Positions 8,384 to 17,200 of a stretch of 36,277 nt of DNA are shown piece after piece. The translations under genes and the position numbers were made by a program. The notes under the pieces are model-generated. The model worked only from the letters and a program-made list of their open reading frames with translations, had not been told where the DNA came from and searched no databases. The DNA comes from Desulfurococcales archaeon. Its GTDB lineage: Archaea > Thermoproteota > Thermoprotei_A > Sulfolobales > Desulfurococcaceae. How positions within the stretch are numbered: position 1 is the first letter of the stretch; every line of letters begins with the position of its first letter. Location of the stretch: contig WAML01000119.1 of NCBI GenBank assembly GCA_015522345.1, positions 1-36,277 on the forward strand, given 5' to 3'.

Positions 8384-8400
8384 ACTATGGTGATGCTGTA

Positions 8401-9246
8401 TTGGAGATTACTGTATTAGAAAAGAATCCTTTAAGAGTAAGACTTTACATAAAGGATATTCCTCTCCATGTATTGAATGCTATAAGGCGTGTATCTATTA
8501 GTGAAGTACCTACTATGGCTGTTGATTCTGTAGTATTTACTCTAAACTCTAGTGTATTTGATGACGAGATAATAGCTCATCGCCTAGGCCTCATACCATT
8601 AACTAGCGAAGAAGCTCTTGAGAAATACAAGTCTCCAGAGGAATGCAGTACTGTTGCTGAAGAAGCTATTTTTCCTGAAGAATGTTTTGTAAAACTTGAT
8701 CTAGAGGCATCTAGTCCTCTTGAATCTAATAAAAACATTATAGTTTATAGCAGAGACTTAAGGACAAGCGACCCTAGTGTAAAGCCTGTCTATGATTCAA
8801 TTCCTATATTAGTCCTTGGGCCAGGTCATGAAATACGTTTAGAAGCATATGCCCGCCTAGGTAGAGGTAAGGAACACGCTAAATGGAGTCCAGTATCTGT
8901 TGCCGCGCACAAGTATATAGCTAATATATCGATTGATTATAGCAAATGTATTGAAGGATGCAGTAGATGCGTTGAAGCATGTCCTAGAGAAGTACTTGAG
9001 CTAAAGAATGGCAGGCCTGTTGTGAGAAAGGATAAAATTATAGAGTGTACTCTTTGTAGAGCCTGTGAAAACGTTTGTCCAACAAATGCATTGAAGCTCG
9101 GTTATAGAGAGAAAGAATATATACTCACTATTGAGTCAACAGGCTCCCTTTCCCCCAGGAGAATACTTATTGAAGCTGTACGTATTCTTGATCAAAAATT
9201 GAATGATTTCTTAGATAAACTTAGGCAGAATGGTGTTATAGAATGA
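8401..9246 (+). CDS. rpoD: DNA-directed RNA polymerase subunit D (Rpo3) with ferredoxin-like domain
   Basis: Position after S11. HRLGLIPL motif. An insert carries CxxxCxxCxxxCP and CxxCxxCxxxCP motifs. Confidence 0.92.
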   Translation: MEITVLEKNPLRVRLYIKDIPLHVLNAIRRVSISEVPTMAVDSVVFTLNSSVFDDEIIAHRLGLIPLTSEEALEKYKSPEECSTVAEEAIFPEECFVKLDLEASSPLESNKNIIVYSRDLRTSDPSVKPVYDSIPILVLGPGHEIRLEAYARLGRGKEHAKWSPVSVAAHKYIANISIDYSKCIEGCSRCVEACPREVLELKNGRPVVRKDKIIECTLCRACENVCPTNALKLGYREKEYILTIESTGSLSPRRILIEAVRILDQKLNDFLDKLRQNGVIE

Positions 9247-9605
9247 AGAGGACTGGACCCACAAATATAGTGTTGAGGAAGACTATTAGAGAGCTCCGTA
9301 AAGCAGCTAATAAAAATAAAGCACCAATATGGGATGCTGTAGCTGATCTACTTGAGAAGCCTCGTAGGAAGAGAATAGCTGTTAACGTAAGTAGGATAAA
9401 CAGGTATACTAGGAACGGCGAAGTTGTTGTAGTACCTGGTAAAGTACTTGGAGCAGGCTCCTTGGATCACCCGGTAACTGTAGCAGCTATATCGTTTTCT
9501 AAGAAGGCATTAGAGAAAATACTTGCTGTCGGTGGCAAAGCTATGCATATACTTGATCTAGTTAAAGAGAATCCTCGGGGAAGCAATGTTAAGATCATTG
9601 GGTGA
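9243..9605 (+). CDS. rpl18e: 50S ribosomal protein L18e (eL18)
   Basis: MKRTGPTNIVLRKTIRELRKA...VVVPGKVLGAG. ATGA overlap with rpoD. Confidence 0.93.
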   Translation: MKRTGPTNIVLRKTIRELRKAANKNKAPIWDAVADLLEKPRRKRIAVNVSRINRYTRNGEVVVVPGKVLGAGSLDHPVTVAAISFSKKALEKILAVGGKAMHILDLVKENPRGSNVKIIG

Positions 9606-9611
9606 TCTATT

Positions 9612-10073
9612 ATGAGTGAACAAAAGACTCTATTAATAGATGCTTCAAATCAGATCTTGGGTAGATTAGCTAGTATTATAGCTAAGAAACTCCTAGAAGG
9701 ATATAGAGTTATTGTAGTAAATGCTGAAAAAGCTGTATTGAGTGGAGAACCTAAGAGAGTTATCATGGGGTATAAGCTACTAGAGGAAGTTAGGACGCTC
9801 CATAACCCCTATAAAGGAGGTATTAGGAGGCCTAAGGCACCAGATAGAATATTTAAGAGAACTGTGAGAGGTATGCTGCCTATAGATAAGCCTAGGGGTA
9901 GGAATGCCTATAAGAGGCTTCGTGTATATATTGGAGTACCTCCAGAGTTTGAGGGTAAAGAAAAGGAGTTCATTAGATTCAAAGAAGCTGACGCATCTAG
10001 GCTTAAAGGCAAGTATATAACTCTCTTTGAACTCTCTAAACACCTTGGATGGAGGGGTGCCTGGAGGAAATGA
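9612..10073 (+). CDS. rpl13: 50S ribosomal protein L13 (uL13)
   Basis: LIDASNQILGRLASIIAKKLLEG...VVNAEKAVLSG. Confidence 0.93.
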   Translation: MSEQKTLLIDASNQILGRLASIIAKKLLEGYRVIVVNAEKAVLSGEPKRVIMGYKLLEEVRTLHNPYKGGIRRPKAPDRIFKRTVRGMLPIDKPRGRNAYKRLRVYIGVPPEFEGKEKEFIRFKEADASRLKGKYITLFELSKHLGWRGAWRK

Positions 10074-10498
10074 GCCAGAAAACTAAGCAGACTACAGCGA
10101 AAATAGTTATAGCCACTGGTAAGCGTAAGACAAGTATTGCTAGAGCTATAATAAAGCCTGGCGAAGGAAGAATATGGATTAACGGCATCCCCTTAGAAAT
10201 CTATCCTATAGAGCTTGCCAGACTCAAAATGTATGAACCTCTAGTTCTAGTAGGTGACCTCTGGAAACAAGTAGATATTAGAGTAACTGTTAAAGGCGGT
10301 GGAGTAATGAGTCAAGCAGATGCTGTTAGAATGGCTATTGCTCGTGGACTACTTAAGTATGCCGACGATAACGAAGAGTTGAAGAGGGTTTTGAACGACT
10401 ACGATAGATACATGTTATCCGGCGACCCACGTAGGACAGAGCCTGAAAAGTATATGAGGTACTCTGCCCGTAGAAGATGGCAGAAGAGCTATAGGTGA
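10070..10498 (+). CDS. rps9: 30S ribosomal protein S9 (uS9)
   Basis: GKRKTSIARA...GGGVMSQADAVRMAIARGL...RRRWQKSYR. ATG 10070 forms an ATGA overlap with the rpl13 stop. The ORF opens at 10049. Confidence 0.93.
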   Translation: MSQKTKQTTAKIVIATGKRKTSIARAIIKPGEGRIWINGIPLEIYPIELARLKMYEPLVLVGDLWKQVDIRVTVKGGGVMSQADAVRMAIARGLLKYADDNEELKRVLNDYDRYMLSGDPRRTEPEKYMRYSARRRWQKSYR

Positions 10499-10504
10499 AG
10501 AATT

Positions 10505-10705
10505 GTGATTATACCCGTACGTTGTTTTACATGTGGTGCTCCAATAGGGCATTTATGGGATGAGTTTAAGAAACGTGTAGAAGCTGGTGAAGACCCTGCT
10601 AAAGTACTTGACGATCTAGGTGTTAAAAGATATTGTTGTAGAAGAATGTTCTTGTCCCATGTAGAACTAGTTTATGAGATCCTTAATTTCCCGAAAATAA
10701 GCTAA
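10505..10705 (+). CDS. rpoN: DNA-directed RNA polymerase subunit N (Rpo10)
   Basis: [20 protein letters not shown]...RYCCRRM zinc motif. GGTGA SD upstream of the GTG start. Confidence 0.93.
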   Translation: MIIPVRCFTCGAPIGHLWDEFKKRVEAGEDPAKVLDDLGVKRYCCRRMFLSHVELVYEILNFPKIS

Positions 10706-10724
10706 CTAGAAAGAGGTGTATTGT

Positions 10725-11384
10725 ATGGCTTCAGAAAGTACTCCGCAGCCTAGGCCTGAGAGAAAAGAGGAAGTTAAGAAAGGCATAGAACTACTTATTC
10801 CATTAGAACAATATCTTGCAGCTGGTACTCATATAGGTACACACATATGTACTAAGTTTATGGAGAAATTCGTTTATAGAGTACGCAATGATGGTTTATA
10901 CATACTTGATATACGGAAGATTAATGAAAGAATAAAGATTGCTGCAAAATTCCTAGCTAGATTCGAGCCAGCTAAAATAGCTGCTGTATCTGTTAGACCT
11001 TATGGGCAGAAGCCTGTTACTAAATTCTGTCAATACGTTGGATGTAGGCCGTTCATAGGTAGATTCATGCCTGGTACATTCACTAATCCTTCTCTAAAAT
11101 GGTATTTCGAGCCAGATGTAGTAGTTATAACTGATCCTAGAGCAGATTCTCAAGCTCTAAGGGAATCAGCTGAAATAGGTATACCTATAGTTGCATTAAC
11201 AGATACAGATAATAGGACAGAATTCATAGACTTGATAATACCTGCTAACAATAAGGGTAGGAAGAGCTTAGCACTCATATACTGGCTACTTGCTAGACAA
11301 GTATTGAGGGAAAGAGGAGCTATACCTCCCGATGGAGATCTGCCTGAGCCTCCTACAGAATTCGAAGCTCGTCTAGAGAGGTGA
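10725..11384 (+). CDS. rps2: 30S ribosomal protein S2 (uS2)
   Basis: [10 protein letters not shown]...[13 protein letters not shown]...[17 protein letters not shown] 10725 lies 7 nt after a GGTG motif. The ORF opens at 10716. Confidence 0.93.
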   Translation: MASESTPQPRPERKEEVKKGIELLIPLEQYLAAGTHIGTHICTKFMEKFVYRVRNDGLYILDIRKINERIKIAAKFLARFEPAKIAAVSVRPYGQKPVTKFCQYVGCRPFIGRFMPGTFTNPSLKWYFEPDVVVITDPRADSQALRESAEIGIPIVALTDTDNRTEFIDLIIPANNKGRKSLALIYWLLARQVLRERGAIPPDGDLPEPPTEFEARLER

Positions 11385-11394
11385 ATCTAGGTCT

Positions 11395-12270
11395 TTGGAG
11401 ATATACCCTGATGTCCGTGGGCCAGCTGTTTCAGGTTATTTTTATCCAGCTGACCCAAGTGATTTAAAGAAGCTTATTGAAGAATCTTTTCTACACCATA
11501 TAGGGCCTGGGAGAATCCCTAGTGTATCTAGTGTTAGAAATAAGTTGAGCACAGGTTTTGTAGTTCCTCATGCAGGCTATATCTATAGTGGTCCTGTAGC
11601 AGCTCATACCTACTATTATTTAGCAATGGAGGGGATGCCTGAAACATTCATTATAATAGGTCCTAACCACACAGGTTATGGTGCTCTAGTATCTGTATAT
11701 CCACAGGGTTTGTGGGAGACTCCTCTAGGTCAAGTAGAAGTAGATGCTGAGTTAGCTAGAACTATTATAAATAATAGCAATTATGCAGAACTAGACGTTC
11801 ACGCTCATATCGATGAACACTCTATTGAAGTACAGATACCGTTTCTCCAATACCTGTTTGGCAACAAATTCAAGATAGTGCCCATAGTGCTAGCGTTACA
11901 GACTCCAGATGTAGCTAGAGACTTAGCTAAAGCGATATACGATTCAGTAGCTCACTTAGGCAGAGATATTGTAGTGATTGCTAGTAGTGATTTTACACAC
12001 TATGAACCCCACGAAGTAGCTATGAAGAAGGATTTAGAGGCTATTAAGAAAATAGAAGAACTAGATACTGAAGGCTTCTACAATACTATTAGAGAACTTA
12101 ATGTAACAGCTTGTGGGCCCGGAGGAATAATGGTTCTCATGGAATACACTAAGCTAGTATATGGAGATAAAGCTAGAGCTAAACTATTAAAGTATGCTAC
12201 ATCAGGAGATACTTCTGGAGACAAATCAGCCGTAGTAGGCTATGCATCAATAAGGTTTTATCGAGAATAA
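11395..12270 (+). CDS. MEMO1/AmmeMemoRadiSam system protein B family (UPF0103)
   Basis: AVSGYFYP, VPHAGYIYSGPVAAHTY and EHSIEVQIPFLQ motifs. TTG start. Confidence 0.85.
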   Translation: MEIYPDVRGPAVSGYFYPADPSDLKKLIEESFLHHIGPGRIPSVSSVRNKLSTGFVVPHAGYIYSGPVAAHTYYYLAMEGMPETFIIIGPNHTGYGALVSVYPQGLWETPLGQVEVDAELARTIINNSNYAELDVHAHIDEHSIEVQIPFLQYLFGNKFKIVPIVLALQTPDVARDLAKAIYDSVAHLGRDIVVIASSDFTHYEPHEVAMKKDLEAIKKIEELDTEGFYNTIRELNVTACGPGGIMVLMEYTKLVYGDKARAKLLKYATSGDTSGDKSAVVGYASIRFYRE

Positions 12271-12401
12271 TAGTTCTAGAAATATATAACTTCCTTATTC
12301 GTAGATAGTATATTCTAGTTTATCAGCAAATTAGGGTTACTGATTAATGGATAGTATAGTAAAAGCTTTTGCTTGAATATCGTCAAAAATGTATACTTGA
12401 G

Positions 12402-13205
12402 ATGACTATAATGTGCAGTAGAGAAGTAATTGTTCCAATACCTTTGTTTTCTACGCCTATTGAATCAAGTAATCCAGTATTTATTGTGAATACTAGTAAG
12501 TGCATAGATTTCGAAATAGACTTCATAAACGAGCCTAGAGTAGTTGTATACTTAGATAAAGTACATGAATATAGTGATGAAGATTATCGGAGAACGCTGA
12601 TTGAGTATTTAACGAAATTCTTTCAAACAATCGTTGCAAAAGTTCTTGGAAATAAAGGAGTTAGATTAACTATAGATAAAGCGTTTCCATATAACTTACT
12701 AGTGTATGTATTTATTACACAAAAGGCTATAGAGTACATGGGCTTGGATAGTAGAGAAGCTTTCGAAGTAGCTAACAGTATTGATAGAGTTATTGGGATT
12801 AGAGACTCGATAATCCCTGGTTTAAGGAAAGCTCTTCTACTAGGCAAAAACCTTGTCTACCGTAATGAAGAAGAACATGTAGTTTTACCTGATGATCTAG
12901 GTTTAGAAATTGATGTTAGAGAGCATATGAGGTTTTCTAGAGAAGAAGTATTATCCATCGTTAATGAATCAGCTATAAGGTCTTCTATTATACACTTAAG
13001 TGGTTACGCTGTAATTGAGTTGACTCGCTGTATATTATCTCATGGTTTTAGAGAATGTATTAGTGTATTCTATGATACAGTAAGAATCTTTAATGGTTTA
13101 TACTATATAGTTTATAACATATATCCGAGAACCTATGGAGTATATGTCCGTGATCTAGGAGACTATGTTTCAATAGCTACAGTATCTGGTGTAGAAATTG
13201 TTTAA
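12402..13205 (+). CDS. Hypothetical protein; GHMP-kinase-shaped but lacking the GLGSSAA and GAGGGG loops (weak by-eye call)
   Basis: The ORF opens at TTG 12369 and the first in-frame ATG is 12402. KGVRLTIDKAFPYNLL... occupies the position where GHMP kinases have the motif-2 P-loop. Sits where mvk/ipk normally precede IDI-2. Confidence 0.35.
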   Translation: MTIMCSREVIVPIPLFSTPIESSNPVFIVNTSKCIDFEIDFINEPRVVVYLDKVHEYSDEDYRRTLIEYLTKFFQTIVAKVLGNKGVRLTIDKAFPYNLLVYVFITQKAIEYMGLDSREAFEVANSIDRVIGIRDSIIPGLRKALLLGKNLVYRNEEEHVVLPDDLGLEIDVREHMRFSREEVLSIVNESAIRSSIIHLSGYAVIELTRCILSHGFRECISVFYDTVRIFNGLYYIVYNIYPRTYGVYVRDLGDYVSIATVSGVEIV

Positions 13206-14319
13206 TGAGACGTCTTTGAGGAAGTTTGAACATATAGATGTAGTTCTAAAAGAAGATGTTAGTGTACCGGGTTACTGTGAAGATATATACTCTGGTATTC
13301 GGCTTGTACACAATGCTTTCCCGGGCTTTGACTACAGCGATATTGATACAGCTATAGAGTTTCTAGGATATACTCTTAAAGCACCTATAATGATAACTGG
13401 TATGACGGGCGGGCATAACGAAGTTACTAAAGTAAATGAATTACTAGCTAGAATAGCTCAAGAAGAAGGTATTGCTATAGGTGTTGGTAGTCAGAGAGCT
13501 CTTATTGAGAATAAGAGTGTCGAAGAAGTTGTTCGCTCATATACTATTGTAAGAGAAATTGCAAAAGATGTCCCGGTTATAGGGAATATCGGTTTGAATA
13601 CTTTAAATGATCTAGAGATTAGTGATGTAGAGTATATAGTTAAAACACTTAACGCTGATGCATTAGCTATCCACTTAAATCCTGGACAAGAACTTATTCA
13701 ATTAGAGGGAGATACTAGGTTTAACGAAGATCTCTTGGAGAAAGTACGTGATATAAAGTATGCTATTGGGGTTCCAGTAATAGTTAAAGAAGTAGGCAAT
13801 GGATTGTCTATGGAGGTAGTTAAGAAATTCCATGGAATAGGAGTTAACTACTTCGATGTAGCTGGGGCTTGTGGAACCAACTGGATTCTTGTAGAAGGCT
13901 ATAGAGCTTTAAGGAAAGGTGATGAAAAAAGGTTTTTCTTAGCTAAGAAACTATCTAGATGGGGTATTCCAACGCCTTTATCAGTTATAGAGACTAGGTG
14001 GACAGCTCCTTCATCATTTATAATAGCTAGTGGAGGAGTATGGGATGGATTTAAAGCTGGTATAAACATCGCTATAGGAGCTGATATGGCTGGTTTTGCT
14101 GCATCAATACTCCGGGTTCTCCTATCTAAAGGATATAGTATGGCTAGAGAATATGTACGTAACTATATTAACGAGCTAAAAACACTCATGTTCTTAGTTG
14201 GAGCATCGAATGTGAAAGAACTCAAGGGTAAACCTGTATACTTGAGTGAATATGTAAACAACCTTATTAAGTCGAGAGGTATTGATTGGAACTTATACCA
14301 AGAGTTAATTAAGAGTTAA
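13198..14319 (+). CDS. fni: Isopentenyl-diphosphate delta-isomerase type 2 (FMN-dependent)
   Basis: FEHIDVV, MITGMTGG, GVGSQR, VKEVGNGLS and ASGGV motifs of IDI-2. TTG start overlaps the upstream stop. Confidence 0.9.
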   Translation: MFNETSLRKFEHIDVVLKEDVSVPGYCEDIYSGIRLVHNAFPGFDYSDIDTAIEFLGYTLKAPIMITGMTGGHNEVTKVNELLARIAQEEGIAIGVGSQRALIENKSVEEVVRSYTIVREIAKDVPVIGNIGLNTLNDLEISDVEYIVKTLNADALAIHLNPGQELIQLEGDTRFNEDLLEKVRDIKYAIGVPVIVKEVGNGLSMEVVKKFHGIGVNYFDVAGACGTNWILVEGYRALRKGDEKRFFLAKKLSRWGIPTPLSVIETRWTAPSSFIIASGGVWDGFKAGINIAIGADMAGFAASILRVLLSKGYSMAREYVRNYINELKTLMFLVGASNVKELKGKPVYLSEYVNNLIKSRGIDWNLYQELIKS

Positions 14320-14349
14320 CAAACATAGTTTGCAGTAAAGGTGGATTTT

Positions 14350-14847
14350 ATGGAGAAATACGAATATCCAGAAGTATACGTTGAAGACGTTGATGGTGAC
14401 TACTACATAGTATATGATGGCATTGAATACAGGTTTTCAAGTGAAAAAAAGGGTGTAAAAAGCTATGGCCACATATTGTATGAAGACGTTATTGATAAAG
14501 CAATTGATTTAGTTAATGGAAAGACTACTAGAGGAATCATAGTTATACCTAGGTTTAGGAAAGACCGAGAAATTGAAGCACTACATGTAGATAAAGGCGT
14601 GGATGTATGTCTTATGGAGATAAAAGCTTATCAGCCATACGTATTTGTTAGTGAAGGAGATGTTGTTGAAGAAAGAGATAAGATTGCTTATATGGTTACT
14701 GGTAAGGGGGAAGTAAGAGTCTATAAGAGTGCGTGTAGTGGTATAGTTTTCTTGGTTGTAAATATTCCTTGGGAACGCCCCGAGAAATACATACTCGTGG
14801 TTGTGAGTGAAAATGACGTTAGAAGAATCACTATTAAAAGAAGTTAA
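14350..14847 (+). CDS. Conserved archaeal hypothetical protein with a C-terminal lipoyl/biotinyl-like barrel-sandwich hybrid pattern (DUF2118-like, from memory)
   Basis: VFVSEGDVVEERDKIAYMVTGKGEVRVYKSACSGIVFLV resembles the hybrid-barrel hairpin. ATG 14350 lies 6 nt after a GGTG motif. The ORF opens at GTG 14341. Confidence 0.4.
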   Translation: MEKYEYPEVYVEDVDGDYYIVYDGIEYRFSSEKKGVKSYGHILYEDVIDKAIDLVNGKTTRGIIVIPRFRKDREIEALHVDKGVDVCLMEIKAYQPYVFVSEGDVVEERDKIAYMVTGKGEVRVYKSACSGIVFLVVNIPWERPEKYILVVVSENDVRRITIKRS

Positions 14848-16570
14848 GGAAATTGCATACAAACACGCTCTACTTAATGCAGTAAAACATAGTGGTAAAG
14901 CCGCCTTAGGTCCTGTTGTATCTAAAGTTATTGGGGAAAAACCCGAGCTTAGAAAGATAGTGAAACAATTAATTCCGATAATTAAGGAAGTTGTTGAAGA
15001 AGTGAATAAACTATCTCTGGTTGAACAAAAGAGGATTATCGAGGAGAAATGGCCTGAATTACTTGAGGAGAGAACTAGAGAAGAAAAGAAGGAACTGCCT
15101 CCTCTACCAAATGCTGTAGCAGGAAAAGTAGTTACTAGATTTGCTCCTAACCCAGACTATACTATTCACTTAGGAAATGCTAGACCTGCTTACCTCAGCT
15201 ACCTCTATGCTGTCATGTATAAGGGTAGGATGATACTTAGATTTGAAGATACTGATCCTAGAACTAAAGCTCCATTCCCAGATGCTTATGAACAGATAAA
15301 GAATGATCTTAAGTGGCTGGGTATCAAATGGGATGAAGAATATATTCAGAGCCTTAGGCTCCCAATATACTATGAAGTATTAAAAGAGCTTATCAGTCGT
15401 GGAGGTGCCTATGTTGATAAATGTAGTCCTAGCGAGTTCAGGAAATATAGAGATCAAGGAAGGGCTTGTCCCCATAGAAATACTAGTGTTGAAGATAATT
15501 TAGAAGAATTTGATAAAATGCTTGAAGGATATTATGGTGAAGGAGAAGCTGTTGTAAGAATAAAAACGGATCTCAAGTATCCTGATCCTAGTGTTAGAGA
15601 CTGGGTTGCTGTAAGAATAATAGATACTAGTAAGACTCCACACCCAGTTGTCGGCGATAAATATATTGTGTGGCCTACATACAATTTTGCGGCTGGAGTA
15701 GACGATCACTTAATGGGTGTAACACATATACTAAGAGCTAAAGAACACGAGACAAATACTATCAAGCAAAAGTTCATGTATTCCCATATGGGCTGGGAAT
15801 ACCCTGTTACAATACATTTTGGTAGACTGAGTCTCGAAGGAGTTATGCTAAGTAAGAGTCTCATGAGGAAGAAAATTAGTGAGGGATTTTTAGTATATGA
15901 TGATCCTAGATTCGGTACATTAGCTGCTCTTAGGAGAAGAGGAATCGTTCCAGAGACTATACATGAGATTATAAAAGATGTTGGTATTAAGAAAATTGAC
16001 GCTAGAATAAGCTATGTCAACTTAGCAGCGATTAACCGTAAGATCATAGACCCTAGATCACCAAGGTACATGATGGTTGTAAAACCAGTTATTATTGAAG
16101 TAATTAATGCACCAGAGGAGTTAGTTGCCCATATAACTAGGCATCCATCTACTAAGGAGGTGTATGAGTACAGGTTTGATGGGCCTACATTCAGAGTCTT
16201 TGTCTCAGGAGAAGACTTGAAACTGTTTAGAGAGAACAAAATTGTTAGACTAATGGAGCTGGCTAACGTAGTTTATAGTGGCGTCTCTATAGATGGAGAA
16301 CAACTTATTGTTAAAACAAAATTTATAGACACAAGCTTAGATACAGCTAGAAAGTATAAGGCTCCGATAATACAGTGGGTTCCCTACAAAGACTATGTCG
16401 ATGTAGAAATATGGGTTCCTGAAGGAGAAGAACTTAGAGTAATCCATGGTATTGCGGAGAAAGCCTTAGAGGGAATAGAAGATGGGAAAACAATACAGTT
16501 CTATAGATATGGTTTTGTGAGAATAGAGAAAACGTATGAAGGCATAAGAGCTATATATGCTCATCCTTAA
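14813..16570 (+). CDS. gltX: Glutamyl-tRNA synthetase, archaeal type
   Basis: RFAPNPDYTIHLGNARPA (HIGH-type motif), LSKS (KMSKS-type), and length and N-terminal NAVKHSGKA typical of archaeal GluRS. GTG 14807 or ATG 14813 start. Overlaps the upstream gene. Confidence 0.88.
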   Translation: MTLEESLLKEVKEIAYKHALLNAVKHSGKAALGPVVSKVIGEKPELRKIVKQLIPIIKEVVEEVNKLSLVEQKRIIEEKWPELLEERTREEKKELPPLPNAVAGKVVTRFAPNPDYTIHLGNARPAYLSYLYAVMYKGRMILRFEDTDPRTKAPFPDAYEQIKNDLKWLGIKWDEEYIQSLRLPIYYEVLKELISRGGAYVDKCSPSEFRKYRDQGRACPHRNTSVEDNLEEFDKMLEGYYGEGEAVVRIKTDLKYPDPSVRDWVAVRIIDTSKTPHPVVGDKYIVWPTYNFAAGVDDHLMGVTHILRAKEHETNTIKQKFMYSHMGWEYPVTIHFGRLSLEGVMLSKSLMRKKISEGFLVYDDPRFGTLAALRRRGIVPETIHEIIKDVGIKKIDARISYVNLAAINRKIIDPRSPRYMMVVKPVIIEVINAPEELVAHITRHPSTKEVYEYRFDGPTFRVFVSGEDLKLFRENKIVRLMELANVVYSGVSIDGEQLIVKTKFIDTSLDTARKYKAPIIQWVPYKDYVDVEIWVPEGEELRVIHGIAEKALEGIEDGKTIQFYRYGFVRIEKTYEGIRAIYAHP

Positions 16571-16581
16571 CGCAGGCACAG

Positions 16582-16586
16582 TTTTT
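16582..16586 (+). terminator. Oligo-T tract after gltX
   Basis: TTTTT 11 nt after the stop codon. Confidence 0.3.
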
Positions 16587-16613
16587 ACTATTGCAGAGTA
16601 TATGAGACAGATA

Positions 16614-16624
16614 CATTTATAAAT
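16614..16624 (+). promoter_or_regulatory. TATA-box-like element for rpl7ae
   Basis: CATTTATAAAT about 60 nt upstream of ATG 16682. This predicts a roughly 30-nt leader containing GGGAGGAGG. Confidence 0.35.
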
Positions 16625-16681
16625 CCAATTCTCTCTTGATTAGAACTAGATTGGACGACCGTTAGGGAGGAGGATGAGCGT

Positions 16682-17068
16682 ATGAGTAAACCATTTTATG
16701 TAAAATTCGAAGTACCTCAAGAACTTGCTGAGAAGGCGTATGAGGCTCTTAAGAAAGCCAGAGAAACAGGTGGTAAAATAAAGAAGGGTACTAACGAAAC
16801 TACTAAAGCTGTTGAGAGAGGACAGGCAAAACTAGTTCTAATAGCCGAAGACGTTGATCCACCGGAGATAGTAGCTCATCTCCCACTTCTCTGCGATGAG
16901 AAAAAGATACCGTATGTCTATGTGCCTAGTAAGAAGAGATTGGGTGAAGCAGCCGGTATAGAAGTTGCAGCAGCTAGTGCAGCAATAATAGACCCTGGTG
17001 CAGCAAAAGAACTTGTTGAAGAAATCATTAAGGCTGTTCAAGAACTTAGAGCTAAGGCTGGTAAGTAA
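16682..17068 (+). CDS. rpl7ae: 50S ribosomal protein L7Ae (eL8), k-turn binding protein
   Basis: [48 protein letters not shown]. Confidence 0.95.
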   Translation: MSKPFYVKFEVPQELAEKAYEALKKARETGGKIKKGTNETTKAVERGQAKLVLIAEDVDPPEIVAHLPLLCDEKKIPYVYVPSKKRLGEAAGIEVAAASAAIIDPGAAKELVEEIIKAVQELRAKAGK

Positions 17069-17105
17069 GTAGATTAAAAACTAGCTAAATTAAAGCCCCA
17101 AACAG

Positions 17106-17111
17106 TTTTTT
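17106..17111 (+). terminator. Oligo-T tract after rpl7ae
   Basis: TTTTTT 38 nt after the stop codon. Confidence 0.3.
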
Positions 17112-17200
17112 AATAAATCATTATAGTAGTACTGTTATATTGTAAAAACTAGTTTGGTCAAAGAGGGTATTCTGTGTATGGAAAATTCATAGAGGATTCT

